Shown here: positions 10,143 to 22,200 of the stretch, piece after piece
Numbering within the stretch: the first letter of the stretch is position 1
How the letters are laid out: each line of letters begins with the position of its first letter
Source: an uncultured Chloroflexia bacterium
Lineage (GTDB): Bacteria > Chloroflexota > Limnocylindria > Limnocylindrales > CSP1-4
NCBI GenBank assembly: GCA_963816675.1
Contig: CAWFLS010000021.1
Span: 206,242-270,241, forward strand
DNA length: 64,000 nucleotides
Direction: 5' to 3'
Program-made: the position numbers and the translations under genes
The notes under the pieces: model-generated
The model's input: the letters and a program-made list of their open reading frames with translations, nothing else
Databases searched by the model: none
What the model was told of the DNA's origin: nothing

Positions 10143-10160
10143 GCGACGATCCGCAGCCCG

Positions 10161-10852
10161 TTGTCGATGGACGGTCCCGAACTGCCGGTCGAACGCGAGA
10201 CGAGGCGGATCCGCGACATCTACGACCGAGGTGGCGTCCGCCTCACCGCCAGCGACGACTCCTGGATCCTTCGCGGGTCGCGCGAGTGGCTCGGCCGCGA
10301 GGGCACGAGGCGACACGCTCGAGATCGGCATCGGCGGTGGGGCGACCATTCCCCACTATCCGACCGGATGTCCGCCTCACCGGCATCGATCTCAGTCCAG
10401 TCATGCTCGCCGCCGCCCGCGCAACGCGCCGAGGCGCTCGGTCGCGCGGTCGATCTCCGGGTCGGGAACGCGCTGAAGCTCGAGGCGGCGGACGAAAGCT
10501 TCGATACCGTCGTGTTCTGCCTGGTCCTCTGCACCGTTCCCGACGACCGCGCTGGCCATCCGCGAGGCCGCGCGCGTCCTCCGACCCGGTGGCCGACTTC
10601 TCGCGGTCGAGCACGTGCGCAGCCCGCAGCGACTCGTTCGGTGGCTCGAGCGCGCTGTGGGAGCCGGTCGCGGTCCGGCAGTCGGGAGATCACCTCACCC
10701 GTGACCCGGTCGACCATTTGTCCGCGGCTGGGTTCGAGGTCGAGGCACTCGAGCGGCTGAGGCTCGGCTTCATCGAACGAGTCTTGGCGACCAAGCGTCC
10801 AGCGGCGCGGAGCGATCGCGTCGGCGGGTCGGAGCCGCCCGGCGCTCAGTAG
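10161..10852 (+). CDS. class I SAM-dependent methyltransferase (Methyltransf_11-like; frame breaks)
   Basis: Fragments: RGDTLEIGIGGGATIPHYP / DVRLTGIDLSPVMLAAAR / AEALGRAVDLRVGNALKLEAADESFDTVVFCLVLCTVPDD / AIREAARVLRPGGRLLAVEHV / GDHLTRDPVDHLSAAGFEVEALERLRLGFIERV. Confidence 0.7.
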
Positions 10853-10886
10853 CCGAGCCGCCGGCGTATTCCGCCAACTGGGTCTG

Positions 10887-11360
10887 TCAGTAACCGAGCG
10901 ACGTCCACGCTGGCCCGCCCGGCGCCTCGATCAGCTCGACGAGCACGCCGTGGCACGACCGCGGATGGAGAAACGCGACCGGGCCTTCCGCGCCGCGGCG
11001 CGGTGCCGTATCGATGAGCTCGATGCCGTCGATCTCGAGGTGGAGGAGCGTCTCGGCGAGGTTCGGGACTTCGAAGCAGACGTGGTGGAAGCCCTCGCCC
11101 TTGCTCTCGAGGAACCGGTAGACGCCGGTCGTGTCGTCGGTCGGCTCGACGAGTTCGATCTTCGACTCCCCCACTCCGAGGAACGCGATGCGGACTCGGT
11201 CGTAGGCGATGTCCATCACCGTTTCGAGCTCGAGCCCGAGCGCGTCGCGCCACAGACCCAGCGAGTCGTCGAGCGAGCGCACGACGAGCGCGACGTGGTG
11301 GACCTTCCCAAGGCGGCCGATGGTGTGCGGGACAGCGCGTTCGTGCGAGGTCGGTGGCAT
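10887..11360 (-). CDS. mce: methylmalonyl-CoA epimerase (VOC/glyoxalase family), intact
   Basis: GKVHHVALVVRSLDDSLGLWRDALGLELETVMDIAYDRVRIAFLGVGESKIELVEPTDDTTGVYRFLESKGEGFHHVCFEVPNLAETLLHL...GAEGPVAFLHPRSCHGVLVELIE. It is adjacent to the mutase and carboxylase genes. Confidence 0.85.
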   Translation of the reverse strand: MPPTSHERAVPHTIGRLGKVHHVALVVRSLDDSLGLWRDALGLELETVMDIAYDRVRIAFLGVGESKIELVEPTDDTTGVYRFLESKGEGFHHVCFEVPNLAETLLHLEIDGIELIDTAPRRGAEGPVAFLHPRSCHGVLVELIEAPGGPAWTSLGY

Positions 11361-11589
11361 CGGAGCAGATTACCCCGTCAAACGACCGGTGGCGCCCGCT
11401 GAAGCGGTGTAGGTTGGCGAGTCCATACCGTCAGGCGGCTCCTTCCTTCCGTTCAGCGGGGCGGCCATCGATCACAGCCGGCGGATGCTCTGGCAGGTGA
11501 CCGTCCTCGACGCGCGCGGGGTTCCTCCAGACCGTGCTGTACACGAGCGGCTGACCCGGTGCGATCCCGTCAGGGCTACCCTGTCGAGC

Positions 11590-12126
11590 ATGGCTCGTAG
11601 CGCGCGCACCAGCGCCGTCGTCGTTCGCGTCGCCGTGCCGCCCGCCTCGAACGACTGAGGCGTCGGTGGGACTGGGCTGCCGGCGTCGGCGTTCCGGCCG
11701 CACGTGACCGTCCTCTTCCCGTTCCTTCCGGTCGAGCTGCTCCTGGCGCCGGTCCGCGCCGAGCTCGCCGCGATCGCCCGTGACGTGGAGCCGTTCGACG
11801 TCCGGTTCGAGCGCGTCGGGCGCTTCCCGAGTGTCGTCTACCTGGCGCCCGAACCCGCGGCGCCGTTCCGCCGCGCTGACGGACGCCGTCCGTCGCGCGG
11901 TTCCCCGACTACCCGCCGTATGAGGGCGCCTTCGACACCGTCATACACGCACCTGACGATCATCGAGGCGCGCGACCCGGCCGCTCGACGAGATCGCAGC
12001 AGAGGCTGAGCGAGGCCTTGCCGTTCACCCACCGTGAGTGTCGAGCCCGGTCGAGACCCTCATGCGAGGGTGACGACGGGCGGTGGCACCGAACGCTGGC
12101 GGATCCCGCTCGGCGTCAGACGGTGA
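11590..12126 (+). CDS. 2H phosphoesterase / 2'-5' RNA ligase (LigT-like) family protein (frame breaks)
   Basis: [19 protein letters not shown]...[16 protein letters not shown] (first HxT motif)...[14 protein letters not shown]...HLTIIE (second HxT motif)...[11 protein letters not shown]. It overlaps the convergent mutase stop by ~11 nt. Confidence 0.6.
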
Positions 12127-13845
12127 TCAGCTCCCGGTGCTCGCCCCAGGCGAGCCGGAGGCGGTCGCTGATCTCCCCGACCGTGGCGTAGGCCCGGACG
12201 GCGTCGAGGATCGGGGGCATCAGGTTGCCCTCGCCGCGAGCCGTCGCCTCGAGCCGGTCCATGGCGGCCGTCCACGCCTCGGCCGACCGCTCGGCCCGGA
12301 CACGCCGTACGCGCTCGATCTGGCGGCGCTCGCCATCGGGATCGATGCGCTGGAGGGCATGGCGTGTGGACCTCGTCGTCGCGGAAGCGGTTGACGCCGA
12401 CGACGACCTGATCGCCGGCTTCGATCGCCTGCTGGACGCGGTAGGCCGCCTCCTGGATCTGGCGCTGCTGGAAGCCGCCTTCGATCGCCGCCAGCGTGCC
12501 GCCCATCGCCTCGATCTCGTCGAGGTACGCCCAGGCCGCCGCTTCGAGCTCGTTCGACAGGCTCTCGACGTAATACGAGCCGGCGAGCGGATCGGGCGTC
12601 TCGGTGACGCCGGCCTCGTAGGCAAGGATCTGCTGGGTCCGGAGCGCCAGCCGGGCGGCCTCCTCGGTCGGAAGGGCAAGCGCCTCGTCGCGCGAGTTCG
12701 TGTGGAGACTCTGCGCGCCGCCGAGGACTGCCGCCAGCGCCTGGACCGTCGTCCTGACCACGTTGTTGTCGATCGACTGCGCGGTCAGGCTCGATCCGGC
12801 GGTCTGAACGTGGAACCGACAGACGAGCGAGCGGGGGTCCGAGGCGCCAAATCGCTCGCGCATGATCGTCGCCCACATCCGGCGCGCGACGCGGAACTTG
12901 GCGACCTCCTCGAAGAGTTCGGACCAGGCGGCGAAGAAGAAGCTGAGGCGGCCGGCGAACGCATCGACGTCGAGGCCCCTCGCGACCGCAGCCTCGACGT
13001 AGGCGATGGCGTCGGCGAGCGTGAAGGCGAGCTCCTGGGCGGCCGTCGCGCCCGCCTCGCGCATGTGATAGCCCGAGATCGAGATCGTGTTCCACTTCGG
13101 GCAGCTCGGCCGCGCAGAACTCGAAGACGTCGGTGACGAGACGCATCGATGCGCGGGGCGGATAGATGTAGGTGCCGCGGGCGATGTACTCCTTGAGGAT
13201 GTCGTTCTGGGTGGTCCCGGCGATCGCCGGGCGAGGGACGCCCTGCGCCTCGGCCGCCGCGACGTAGAGGGCGAGAAGGATCGGAGCCGTCGCGTTGATG
13301 GTCATCGACGTCGAGACCTGGCCGAGCGGCAAGCCGTCGAGCAGGATCGACATGTCGGCGAGGCTCGCGATCGGCACGCCGACCCGGCCGACCTCTCCCT
13401 CGGCGTCGGGCGCGTCCGAGTCGTAGCCCATCTGGGTCGGGAGGTCGAACGCCACCGAGAGGCCCGTCTGGCCCTGCTCGAGCAGATAGCGGAACCGGCG
13501 GTTCGTCTCCTCGGCAGTCGCGAAGCCCGCGTATTGACGCATCGTCCAGAAGCGACTCCGGTACATCGTCGGCTGGACGCCGCGGGTGAACGGGAACTCG
13601 CCGGGTCGGCCCAGGTCGCGGTCCTCGTCGAGGCCAGCCGTGTCGGCGGCGGTGTAGAGGTCTCGGACGACGAGGCCCGACGAAGTCTCGAATCGGGACT
13701 TGCGCTCGGGGGCAGCCTTGAGAGCCTTGGCTCGAAGCGTTTCGCGCCAGCGTTCGCGGGCAGGATCGAGGGCCTCGCCGGTCGGCCGGTCGGATCGGTG
13801 CGGCGGTCGCGGGTGGTCGCGCCCGCTGCGGCCGTCGGCGCTCAA
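12116..13845 (-). CDS. methylmalonyl-CoA mutase, catalytic (N-terminal, large) subunit without a fused B12-binding domain (at least 3 frame breaks)
   Basis: [61 protein letters not shown]...[14 protein letters not shown]...[21 protein letters not shown] / [22 protein letters not shown]...[23 protein letters not shown]...[15 protein letters not shown] / [36 protein letters not shown]. Confidence 0.9.
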
Positions 13846-14654
13846 TCGAGGACCAGGAGGAGGTCGCCGACCTCGATGGTCTTGCCGGCACCGACCGCGA
13901 GGCGCGAGACGACACCGTCGCGCGGCGCGCGCAGCTCGTTCTGCATCTTCATCGCCTCGACGACGAGGATGTGCTGACCGGCCACGACGGCGTCGCCGGG
14001 AACGACCGATACGCTCGCGATCACGCCCGGGATGATGGCACGGACCTCAGTCGGTCCACCGTGCGCCGTTTCGGCGCGGCTCCTTCGGGCTCGCTCGCGG
14101 AGTGACGCGCGGCGCTCTGATTCGATCTCGACCTCGATGCGCCAGCCGTCGACGATGACCTCGCGATGGGTCGTGCCGGCGGCGGTGTGCTGGCCCGGTC
14201 CGTCGGCAGGAAGGATGATCACCCGGGTGCGGGTGGGCGCCGCAACGTCGGTCGTCTCGTCGCGGACGGCTCGGTGGACTGCCCCGAGATGGTCGAGGCG
14301 GACTGCGACGGGGTCGCCATCGACGATGACCACCCCATCTGTCGTGGACGAAGCCGAGATCGCCAGCGGTTCGACTGGCGCGACGCCTGCGACGGGGACG
14401 GCGGTGCGGTTCGGTCCCGGCGCGACTGGGATGGCGGGAGGTTCGACGACGATGCGGTGCGAGGTCGGCGTGGGCAGACGCCAGTGCCAGCGAGACACGA
14501 ATCGCCCGCGGATCGATAAGACGTCGTTCCGCCTCGCCCGGACTCTCGCTCGCAGGCGCCGGTTTCTCGGGGCCACCCCGGGCACGTCGTCGGGCGCGTC
14601 GGGGACCGAAGCTTCCGGCTCGGTGTCAACGGTCGGTTCGGTCACGTCAGCCAC
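13842..14654 (-). CDS. biotin carboxyl carrier (biotinyl/lipoyl) domain protein; possibly the C-terminal part of a fused carboxylase alpha subunit
   Basis: The C-terminus is [65 protein letters not shown], which contains the EAMKM biotinylation motif. The upstream biotin carboxylase frame ends at TGA 14671-14673. The start (GTG 14654) is uncertain. Confidence 0.7.
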   Translation of the reverse strand: MADVTEPTVDTEPEASVPDAPDDVPGVAPRNRRLRARVRARRNDVLSIRGRFVSRWHWRLPTPTSHRIVVEPPAIPVAPGPNRTAVPVAGVAPVEPLAISASSTTDGVVIVDGDPVAVRLDHLGAVHRAVRDETTDVAAPTRTRVIILPADGPGQHTAAGTTHREVIVDGWRIEVEIESERRASLRERARRSRAETAHGGPTEVRAIIPGVIASVSVVPGDAVVAGQHILVVEAMKMQNELRAPRDGVVSRLAVGAGKTIEVGDLLLVLD

Positions 14655-14670
14655 CGCACGGCCGACACCG

Positions 14671-16291
14671 TCACGTCGGCCACCGGTCGATCGCTGCAGC
14701 ACGGGCCGCGTGTCGCCACCGGCCATCGTCCGTCGACGTCGCAGTCCCAGTGTCGAAGTTCGGCTGCCCGCCGACGGCTGTCGCGTGACCCGACTCCAAT
14801 GCGTCGAGGCCCGCCGCGAGCATCGCCATCCGGGCGGCCCGACGGATCTCACCAGGCCCGTCCCACCACTCCCCTACCCAGCCGGTCGACAACTCGCCCT
14901 GCCTGAACGCCTCGCTCCTCGCGACGAACCGGTGAAACGGAAGGGTCGTCTGGATCCCCGCGATCTCGGTCTCGTCGAGCGCCCGGGCGAGCCTGTCGAT
15001 GGCGGCGTCGCGGTCGCCAGCGTGGACCATGATCTTCGCGATCAGGTTGTCGTATTCGGCTGGGACGCGGTCGCCATCGACGAGACCGGTGTCCACTCGG
15101 ACGCCCGGCCCGGCCGGCATCACCCAGCGACGCACTCGGCCGGGCGTCGGCATGAAGTCGCGTGAAGGGTCCTCAGCCGCGATCCGTACCTCGATCGCGT
15201 GACTCGCCGGGTCAGCCGCTCGCTCCGCAGCGGCGAGCGCCGCCGTCGGAAAGTGGACGTCCGGCGGCCAGCCAGAATTGTTCGACCACGATGTCGAGAC
15301 CGGACACGAGCTCGGTGACTCCGTGCTCCACCTGCAGCCGAGTGTTGACCTCGAGGAAATAGAAGGATCCGTCGGGCGAGCGCAGGAACTCGGCGGTCGC
15401 CGCGTTCCGGAGGCCTGCAGCACTCGCGACCCGAACCGCCATCGCGTGCAGTTCGCGTCGCTCGTCCCGGTCCAGACCCGGCGCCGGCGCTTCCTCGACG
15501 AGCTTCTGGTGACGTCGCTGAAGGGAACAGTCCCGCTCCCCGATGGCGACGACACGGCCGGTCGCGTCGCCAAGGAGCTGGACCTCGATGTGACGGGCCG
15601 GCACGATCTCCCGCTCGAGATAGACCGACCCATCACCGAATGCCGAAGCCGCCTCGCGCGAGCCGCCGACCAGCGCTGCCGGAAGTTCAGCGGGCGAGAC
15701 GACCCGTCGCATGCCCCGTCCCCCGCCGCCCGCCGCTGCCTTGACCAGGAGCGGAAAGCCGATCGCTGTCGGCCTCGGCGAGGACCGCTCCGATGTCATC
15801 AGGGCGATCGACCGCGGCCGGTTCGAGCGTTCCCGGGACGGCAGGTACACCAACGTCGTCGGGCCGTCCGCCGAGCATGCAACTTGTCGCCGAGCGCGTC
15901 GATCGAGGTGGACGACGGACCGACGAACACGAGGCCGGCATCCTCGACCGCTCGTGCAAACGCAGCCCGCTCGGCGAGGAAGCCGTAGCCAGGGTGGATC
16001 GCCTCGGCACCGGTTCGCAGGGCCGCGTCGACGATCGGCGTCGATGCGGAGGTAGCTGTCGGTCGGCGCGGCCGGACCGATCCGGACCGCGACGTCGGCA
16101 AGGCGGACATGCTGCGCCGTCGCATCGGCATCGCTGTAGACGGCGACGGCCTCCATGCCCAACTCGTGGCACGCCCGGATGATGCGGACCGCGATCTCGC
16201 CCCGGTTCGCGACGAGGACCCGCCGAAACGGCCTGCCGCCGGCCCCGTCTTTGCGCAAAGACGCGGTCGTGTCAGAGCGGGATGTTGCCAT
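14671..16291 (-). CDS. acetyl/propionyl-CoA carboxylase biotin carboxylase component (frame breaks)
   Basis: [36 protein letters not shown] / [29 protein letters not shown] / [19 protein letters not shown]...[20 protein letters not shown]...[17 protein letters not shown] / [10 protein letters not shown]...[15 protein letters not shown]. The start ATG 16291 overlaps the end of pccB. Confidence 0.85.
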
Positions 16292-17830
16292 GCTTCTTCC
16301 GGGGATTCGTGTCGCGCTTGTCGGCGAGCATCTCGAGCGCACGGATCAGTCGCGGGCGTGTCTCGGCTGGCTTGATCACGTCGTCGACGTAGCCGCGAGC
16401 CGGCGGCGACGTACGGGTTCGCGAACTCTGCTTCATACGCCGCGACCAGCCGCGCCTTTTCTGCAGCTGGATCGTCTGCCGCTGTGATCGCGTCCTTGAA
16501 GATGATGTTGACCGCACCCTCCGCACCCATCACGGCGATCTCCGCGGTCGGCCACGCGAAGTTCATGTCGCCGCGGATGTGCTTGCTGCTCATGACGTCA
16601 TACGCGCCGCCGTACGCCTTGCGGGTGATGACCGTCAGTTTCGGGACGGTCGCCTCGCAGTACGCATAGAGCAACTTCGCGCCGTGCTTGATGATCCCGC
16701 CGTGTTCCTGGGCAACGCCCGGCATGAAGCCTGGTACGTCGACAAAGGTGACGAGCGGGACGTTGAAGCAATCGCACGTCCGGACGAATCGCGCGGCCTT
16801 TATCGACGCGTCGATGTCGAGGGCACCGGCGAGGACTGCCGGTTGCTGCGCGACGATGCCGACACTCCGGCCCGCCGAGTCGTCCGTAGCCGACGATGAT
16901 GTTCGGTGCCCAACCCGGTTGGATCTCGAGGAACGTCGCGTCGTCGACGATCCTTCGCGATGACGTCGTGCATGTCGTACGGAATCCGCGGGTCGTCCGG
17001 GACGACGTGGTCGAGCGCCGGGTCCATGCGATCCATCGGATCTGATGTCGCGACGAACGGTGCATCGGACAGATTGTTCTGCGGCAGGTAGGCGAGGATG
17101 CGCCGCGCAGCATCGAGCGCTTCGGCCTCGTCTGCGGCAGCGAGATGGGCGACTCCGCTCTTCGTCGTGTGCGTCGACGGCGCCGCCAAGGAATTCGGAG
17201 TCGACCTCTTCGTGGGTCACTGTCTTCACGACGTTCGGACCGGTGACGAACATGTAGCTCGTGTGCTCGACCATGATCGTGAAGTCGGTGATCGCCGGGG
17301 AGTACACCGCTCCGCCGGCACATGGACCCATGACGACAGAGATCTGTGGCACGACGCCAGACGCAAGGACGTTGCGGAGAAAGATGTCCGCGTAACCGCC
17401 GAGCGACGCCACGCCCTCCTGGATTCGCGCGCCGCCAGAATCGTTGAGCCCGATGACAGGCGCGCCGACGCGCATCGCGAGATCCATGATCTTGCAGATC
17501 TTCTCGGCGTATGCCTCGGACAGCGATCCGCCGAACACGGTGAAGTCCTGACTGAACACAAAGACGAGCCGACCGTCGATCGTCCCGTGACCGGTGACGA
17601 CACCGTCGCCGAGGACGTGGTTCTCGGACAGCCCGAACTCCGTCGCGCGATGCGTGACGAAGGCATCGAGCTCGACGAACGATCCGGCATCGAGCAGCAG
17701 ATCGAGTCGCTCGCGAGCCGTCAGCTTGCCGGCTGCATGCTGACGTTCGATCCGGGCAGGGCCGCCACCGAGCAGAGACTCCGACTCGCATCTGCTCGAG
17801 CCGGTCGAGCCGTTGTTCGTTGGTCGCCAC
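16272..17830 (-). CDS. pccB: propionyl-CoA carboxylase beta chain / acyl-CoA carboxyltransferase (at least 3 frame breaks)
   Basis: GTG 17830 has GGAGGAGG 10 nt upstream. Sequence: [13 protein letters not shown]...[49 protein letters not shown]...[18 protein letters not shown] / [49 protein letters not shown]...[13 protein letters not shown] / [17 protein letters not shown]. Confidence 0.9.
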
Positions 17831-17964
17831 GATGGCTCGACCTCCTCCGTCCGTCGCCAAGATCAGTACGCATGATAGCCAGCGCGAATCCGCCGCCGCA
17901 GGGTCGGCGCGTCGACCGGCGTCATCGGCACCCGCGTCCAGGAGTGCGCCGATAACGCGCGCGG

Positions 17965-18008
17965 ATATCCACAGATTCGGTGAACAACTCCCGCGATCGT
18001 GTGGATAA
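17965..18008. promoter_or_regulatory. pair of inverted DnaA-box-like 9-mers in the pccB/parA divergent intergenic region
   Basis: TGTGGATAA at 18000-18008 is the exact reverse complement of the consensus TTATCCACA. ATATCCACA at 17965-17973 matches 8 of 9. The two are 26 nt apart. Confidence 0.45.
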
Positions 18009-18041
18009 CCGGAGTGCCCGAAGGCAACCCCGACGGGGTAG

Positions 18042-18869
<828 letters not shown>

Positions 18870-18883
<14 letters not shown>

Positions 18884-19918
18884 TTTCCGGGCGGCTGCGG
18901 CGCGCCGCCTGTCGGAGGACAGCGAGCTTTCACCCGCGATCGTCAGCCTGCTGTCGTCGGACAGCCCGGAGTCGCACTGTCGGTGTTCGCGTCGTCCCGG
19001 TCGACCACATCGAACCGAATCCAGAACAGCCTCGGCTGTCCTTCGACCCGCAGGCGCTCGACGAGCTGTCGGCCTCGATCCGCGAGCATGGCGTCCTCCA
19101 GCCGATCCTGGTCCGACCGCTCGGTCCCGAACACCTACCAGATCGTCGCCGGCGAACGACGGTGGCGCGCATCGCGTCAGGCCGGGCTCGACACGATCCC
19201 GGCGCTCATCGAAGACATCGACGACGACACGGCGCTCGAGATCGCGATCATCGAGAATCTTCAGCGCGAAGATCTGACGCCGCTCGACGAAGCGGCGATG
19301 TACGACCGGATGGTCCACGAGCACGGCTACAGCATCCGGAAGCTCGCCGACAAACTCGGCAAGGACAAGGGCTACCTCGAGAACCGGCTTCGCCTCGCGG
19401 ACGCGCCGCCCGAGGTCCGAGAGCTCGTGTCTTTGCGCAAGGACAGCCTGTCGCACGCCTACGAACTGATGAAGGTCGAGGACCCGAAGAAGCGGCGACG
19501 ACTTGCCGAGCAGGTCGCGCGCGGCGAGCTGACGCTGATCAAGCTTCGCGAGAAGATCGAAGGACGACCGCGTCGCGAGGCGGTCACCGACGACGATCCG
19601 AGGCTGCCCGAGCCGACGACGCGAGGAAGACGGCGACGTCGACGGCGGCTGACGAGGACGCCGGAATCGCAGGAAGACGGCGCGTGGGACCGATGGCCGA
19701 TGTCGCCGCGCCACCGCTGACCGACGACTCACTGGTCGACGCCAAGCAGACACCTCAGCGAGGCGGTCGAAACGCTGGTCGGGGTCGTCGCCAATCCGGA
19801 CTTCCGCGGCGCGATCGGTTCGACCGATCGGGCCAACCTCGCGAAGTACCTGACGATCGCGAAGCTTCGTCTCGAGAACGCGATCGCGATGGTCCGGAGC
19901 GACGACGGCCGGCGCTAG
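18870..19918 (+). CDS. parB: ParB/Spo0J partitioning protein (frame breaks; start uncertain)
   Basis: VPVDHIEPNPEQPRLSFDPQALDELSASIREHGVLQPILVRP / YQIVAGERRWRASRQAGLDTIPALIEDIDDDTALEIAIIENLQREDLTPLDEA...GYSIRKLADKLGKDKGYLENRLRL. C-terminal frame: LAKYLTIAKLRLENAIAMVRSDDGRR*. Confidence 0.8.
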
Positions 19919-19931
19919 CCGTCATCGGCGC

Positions 19932-20836
19932 CTAGCGGTCACGCGGCGCCGCAACGCCGGCCACGCCACGCCGTCGGCCAGCACGTCCGACGCCGATCGC
20001 CTCGAGTTCCCAGGCGCGCTCACGGACTGCCAGGACCGCCTCGACGGCCAGCTCCCATCCCGGACGTGCTACGAGCGCGACCGCGACGAACGCGACGCCG
20101 AGGACGATCTCCGACACGTCGGCTCGCCGTCAGCGTTCCGACTGCGACGCGAGCACGATCCCCGAGTAGCACGGCATGGACGATCCAGGACCGCTCGCAG
20201 CCCGAGCGCGGTCGCGACCGAAGGCGCGCCCGCCGCGACGTCGCGCTCGTAGTCGGCCCTCGCGTTCGCGACCGCCAGGGCCGCGCCCGCCAGCACCGCC
20301 GCCGGAATCAGCAGGCCGAACGACGACGGCAAGAGCCCGACGGCCCCGACCCAGCCGAAGATCGGCAGCAACGGGATACCGACGGCGAACGGCACCCATG
20401 ACCAGGTCGTGCCGCGCAGCCGAAGGTCGTAGGCGTAGCCGATGCCCAGAACGACCGCGGCCAGTCCGAGCGTGGCCGCGCCGGACGGTGCGGCCAGCAG
20501 AAGCCCGACGGCCGCGGCGCCGACGGCCACGACCTTCGTCCAGCTGCCGATCGAGACCGTTCCGGCCGGTATCGGCTTGCCCGGCTTTGCGACCGCGCAT
20601 CACGGGGCGCATCGACGACGTCGTTGAGCGTACCGATCGAAGCCTGCAGGGCAGGTCATCGCGACGCCGAGGCGGACTGCGTCGGCGGCGGTGCCACCGG
20701 CGACGATCGCGACGAGCGCAACGACGACGCCATCGAGGATCGACGGAAACGGATGCGACGAGTCGGATCAGCCCCTCGAGCCGCGTCGGTGAGCGGCGAC
20801 CAGGCGCCGACCCGCCTCGCTGACCGGGTCGGGCAC
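19932..20836 (-). CDS. UbiA-family prenyltransferase, integral membrane (frame breaks)
   Basis: LIRLSHPFPSILDGVVVALVAIVAGG...IGTLNDVVDAPRDAVAKPGKPIPAG (NDxxD motif)...LGIGYAYDLRLRGTTWSWVPFAVGIPLLPIFGWV...ANARADYERD. It is multi-TM throughout. Confidence 0.7.
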
Positions 20837-20846
20837 GACCGGGTCG

Positions 20847-21215
20847 TCAGACGTAGACGATCTCCGCGAAGTTCGCGACGAGGTAGGCGATCAGCCGGTC
20901 ACGACCGTCCGGACGCTGTGACCGAATGCCGGGGACGAGCGCGTGCAACGTGATGGCCGGGACCATGAGTCGTCCCTCGCGCGTCGTGACCGATCACGGC
21001 GGGCGGCCCACCACCTGCGGCGAACACTCGCTCGAACTGCGCGTTCGTCGAGCCCACCCGCGCGACGGAAGTCTTCGACGACCTTGAACGACGCCGCGGC
21101 GGATCGCGACGTCACGCATCAGCTCGGCGCTCCAGGAGTCGATCTGCTCGTCGCTCTGGTCGCGCAGCCTCGCTGCGTATTCCTTCGGATCGATCGACAG
21201 CCCGGTGGCTCCCAC
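20847..21215 (-). CDS. hypothetical protein (~122 aa; frame breaks)
   Basis: GTG 21215 is preceded by GGAGGGACC. Sequence: MGATGLSIDPKEYAARLRDQSDEQIDSWSAELMRDVAIR...FKVVEDFRRAGGLDERAV...LIAYLVANFAEIVYV*. I recognised no family. Confidence 0.4.
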
Positions 21216-21223
21216 GGTCCCTC

Positions 21224-22200
21224 CTACGTCGATCGGACGGCGGCTGAGTATGCCAGACGAGCTTCGGTCGGAAGCCGCTCTCCGGCCGCCTCGCCGGCGC
21301 TGCGCCGAGAGTCATCGGCTCTCGTATCGGTCGGCCCGCGCCGCCGTCGCGCTTCGACCTGCATCGCGGCCGTCGCGGCCCGCGAGCCTTCGGGCCAGGC
21401 GTTGAACCGCTCGGTCAACCATCGGCGCAGATGCCGCCGGCACAGGGACCTCCGGCGCGTCGGCGAGGAGTTCGCTTCAGCGCGGACTCCACCTGCGCTG
21501 TCACCTCGCGAGATCGCCTCGATGGGTCGGCCGACCGCTCACGAGCGATCGGCTCTCCGACCCTGACCCGAACGCGTCCCTCCGAATCGCAGCCAGCTGG
21601 TCCCATTGATCGCGATCGGCACGACGCGGGACGTGGGAACGGATCGCGAAGTAGGCGGCGCCGTCGCTCAGCGGCAGCAGGTATCGTTCGCCGACGTGGA
21701 TCCGGCCCTCACCGGCGATGGCGACGACGCGCCCGGCCTCGAGAGCGGCGGCGACTCGACGAGTCGCCTCACGAAGATCGCTCTTCTCGGGCTTGTACGG
21801 GATCGCGCGTCCCGGTCCACACCATGACGCGATTCCGACCTCCGACGCCCATGTCCTCCTCCTTCGGACCGAAGAACAGCAGACGAGGCCGGAACGGGCA
21901 GCGTGGCCATCAGCATGAACGGGTCCACCCAGCCGAGGTGGTTGAAGCAGTAGATCGCGGGACCAGGCGGAAGTCTGTCGCGACCTTCGAAACGGACGCC
22001 GGACGATGCCACGGACGAGGAGCCACACGATCGTCCGCGAGATCCAGTAGCGGAGCGTCCAGCGGAACGGGCTGATCGAAGACGCCGGCTCGATCGCGCA
22101 GCCTCGGGGCACCGCGATCGTCCGGAGCGCGAACGTCCGAGGGAGCGACGCTGTCGCCACGCGCCCGTCGGGTCTCCGGCAGCGGCGGAACGGCCGTCAT
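21224..22200 (-). CDS. 1-acyl-sn-glycerol-3-phosphate (lysophospholipid) acyltransferase, PlsC-like (frame breaks; 3' end approximate)
   Basis: GVRFEGRDRLPPGPAIYCFNHLGWVDPFMLMATLP (HX4D motif) / AIPYKPEKSDLREATRRVAAALEAGRVVAIAGEGRIH...PLSDGAAYFA / VPIAINGTSWL / WLTERFNAWPEG. ATGA overlap with the upstream HAD gene at 22197-22200. Confidence 0.7.

Noticed and set aside
11431-11703. A 90-aa minus-strand ORF between mce and the 2H-phosphoesterase gene.
   Set aside because: It overlaps the N-terminal region of the plus-strand LigT-like gene (start 11590). It has no recognisable motif or RBS.
17975-17995. GGTGAACAA near the DnaA boxes as a possible parS half-site.
   Set aside because: It matches only part of one arm of TGTTNCACGTGAAACA, and no symmetric partner is present.
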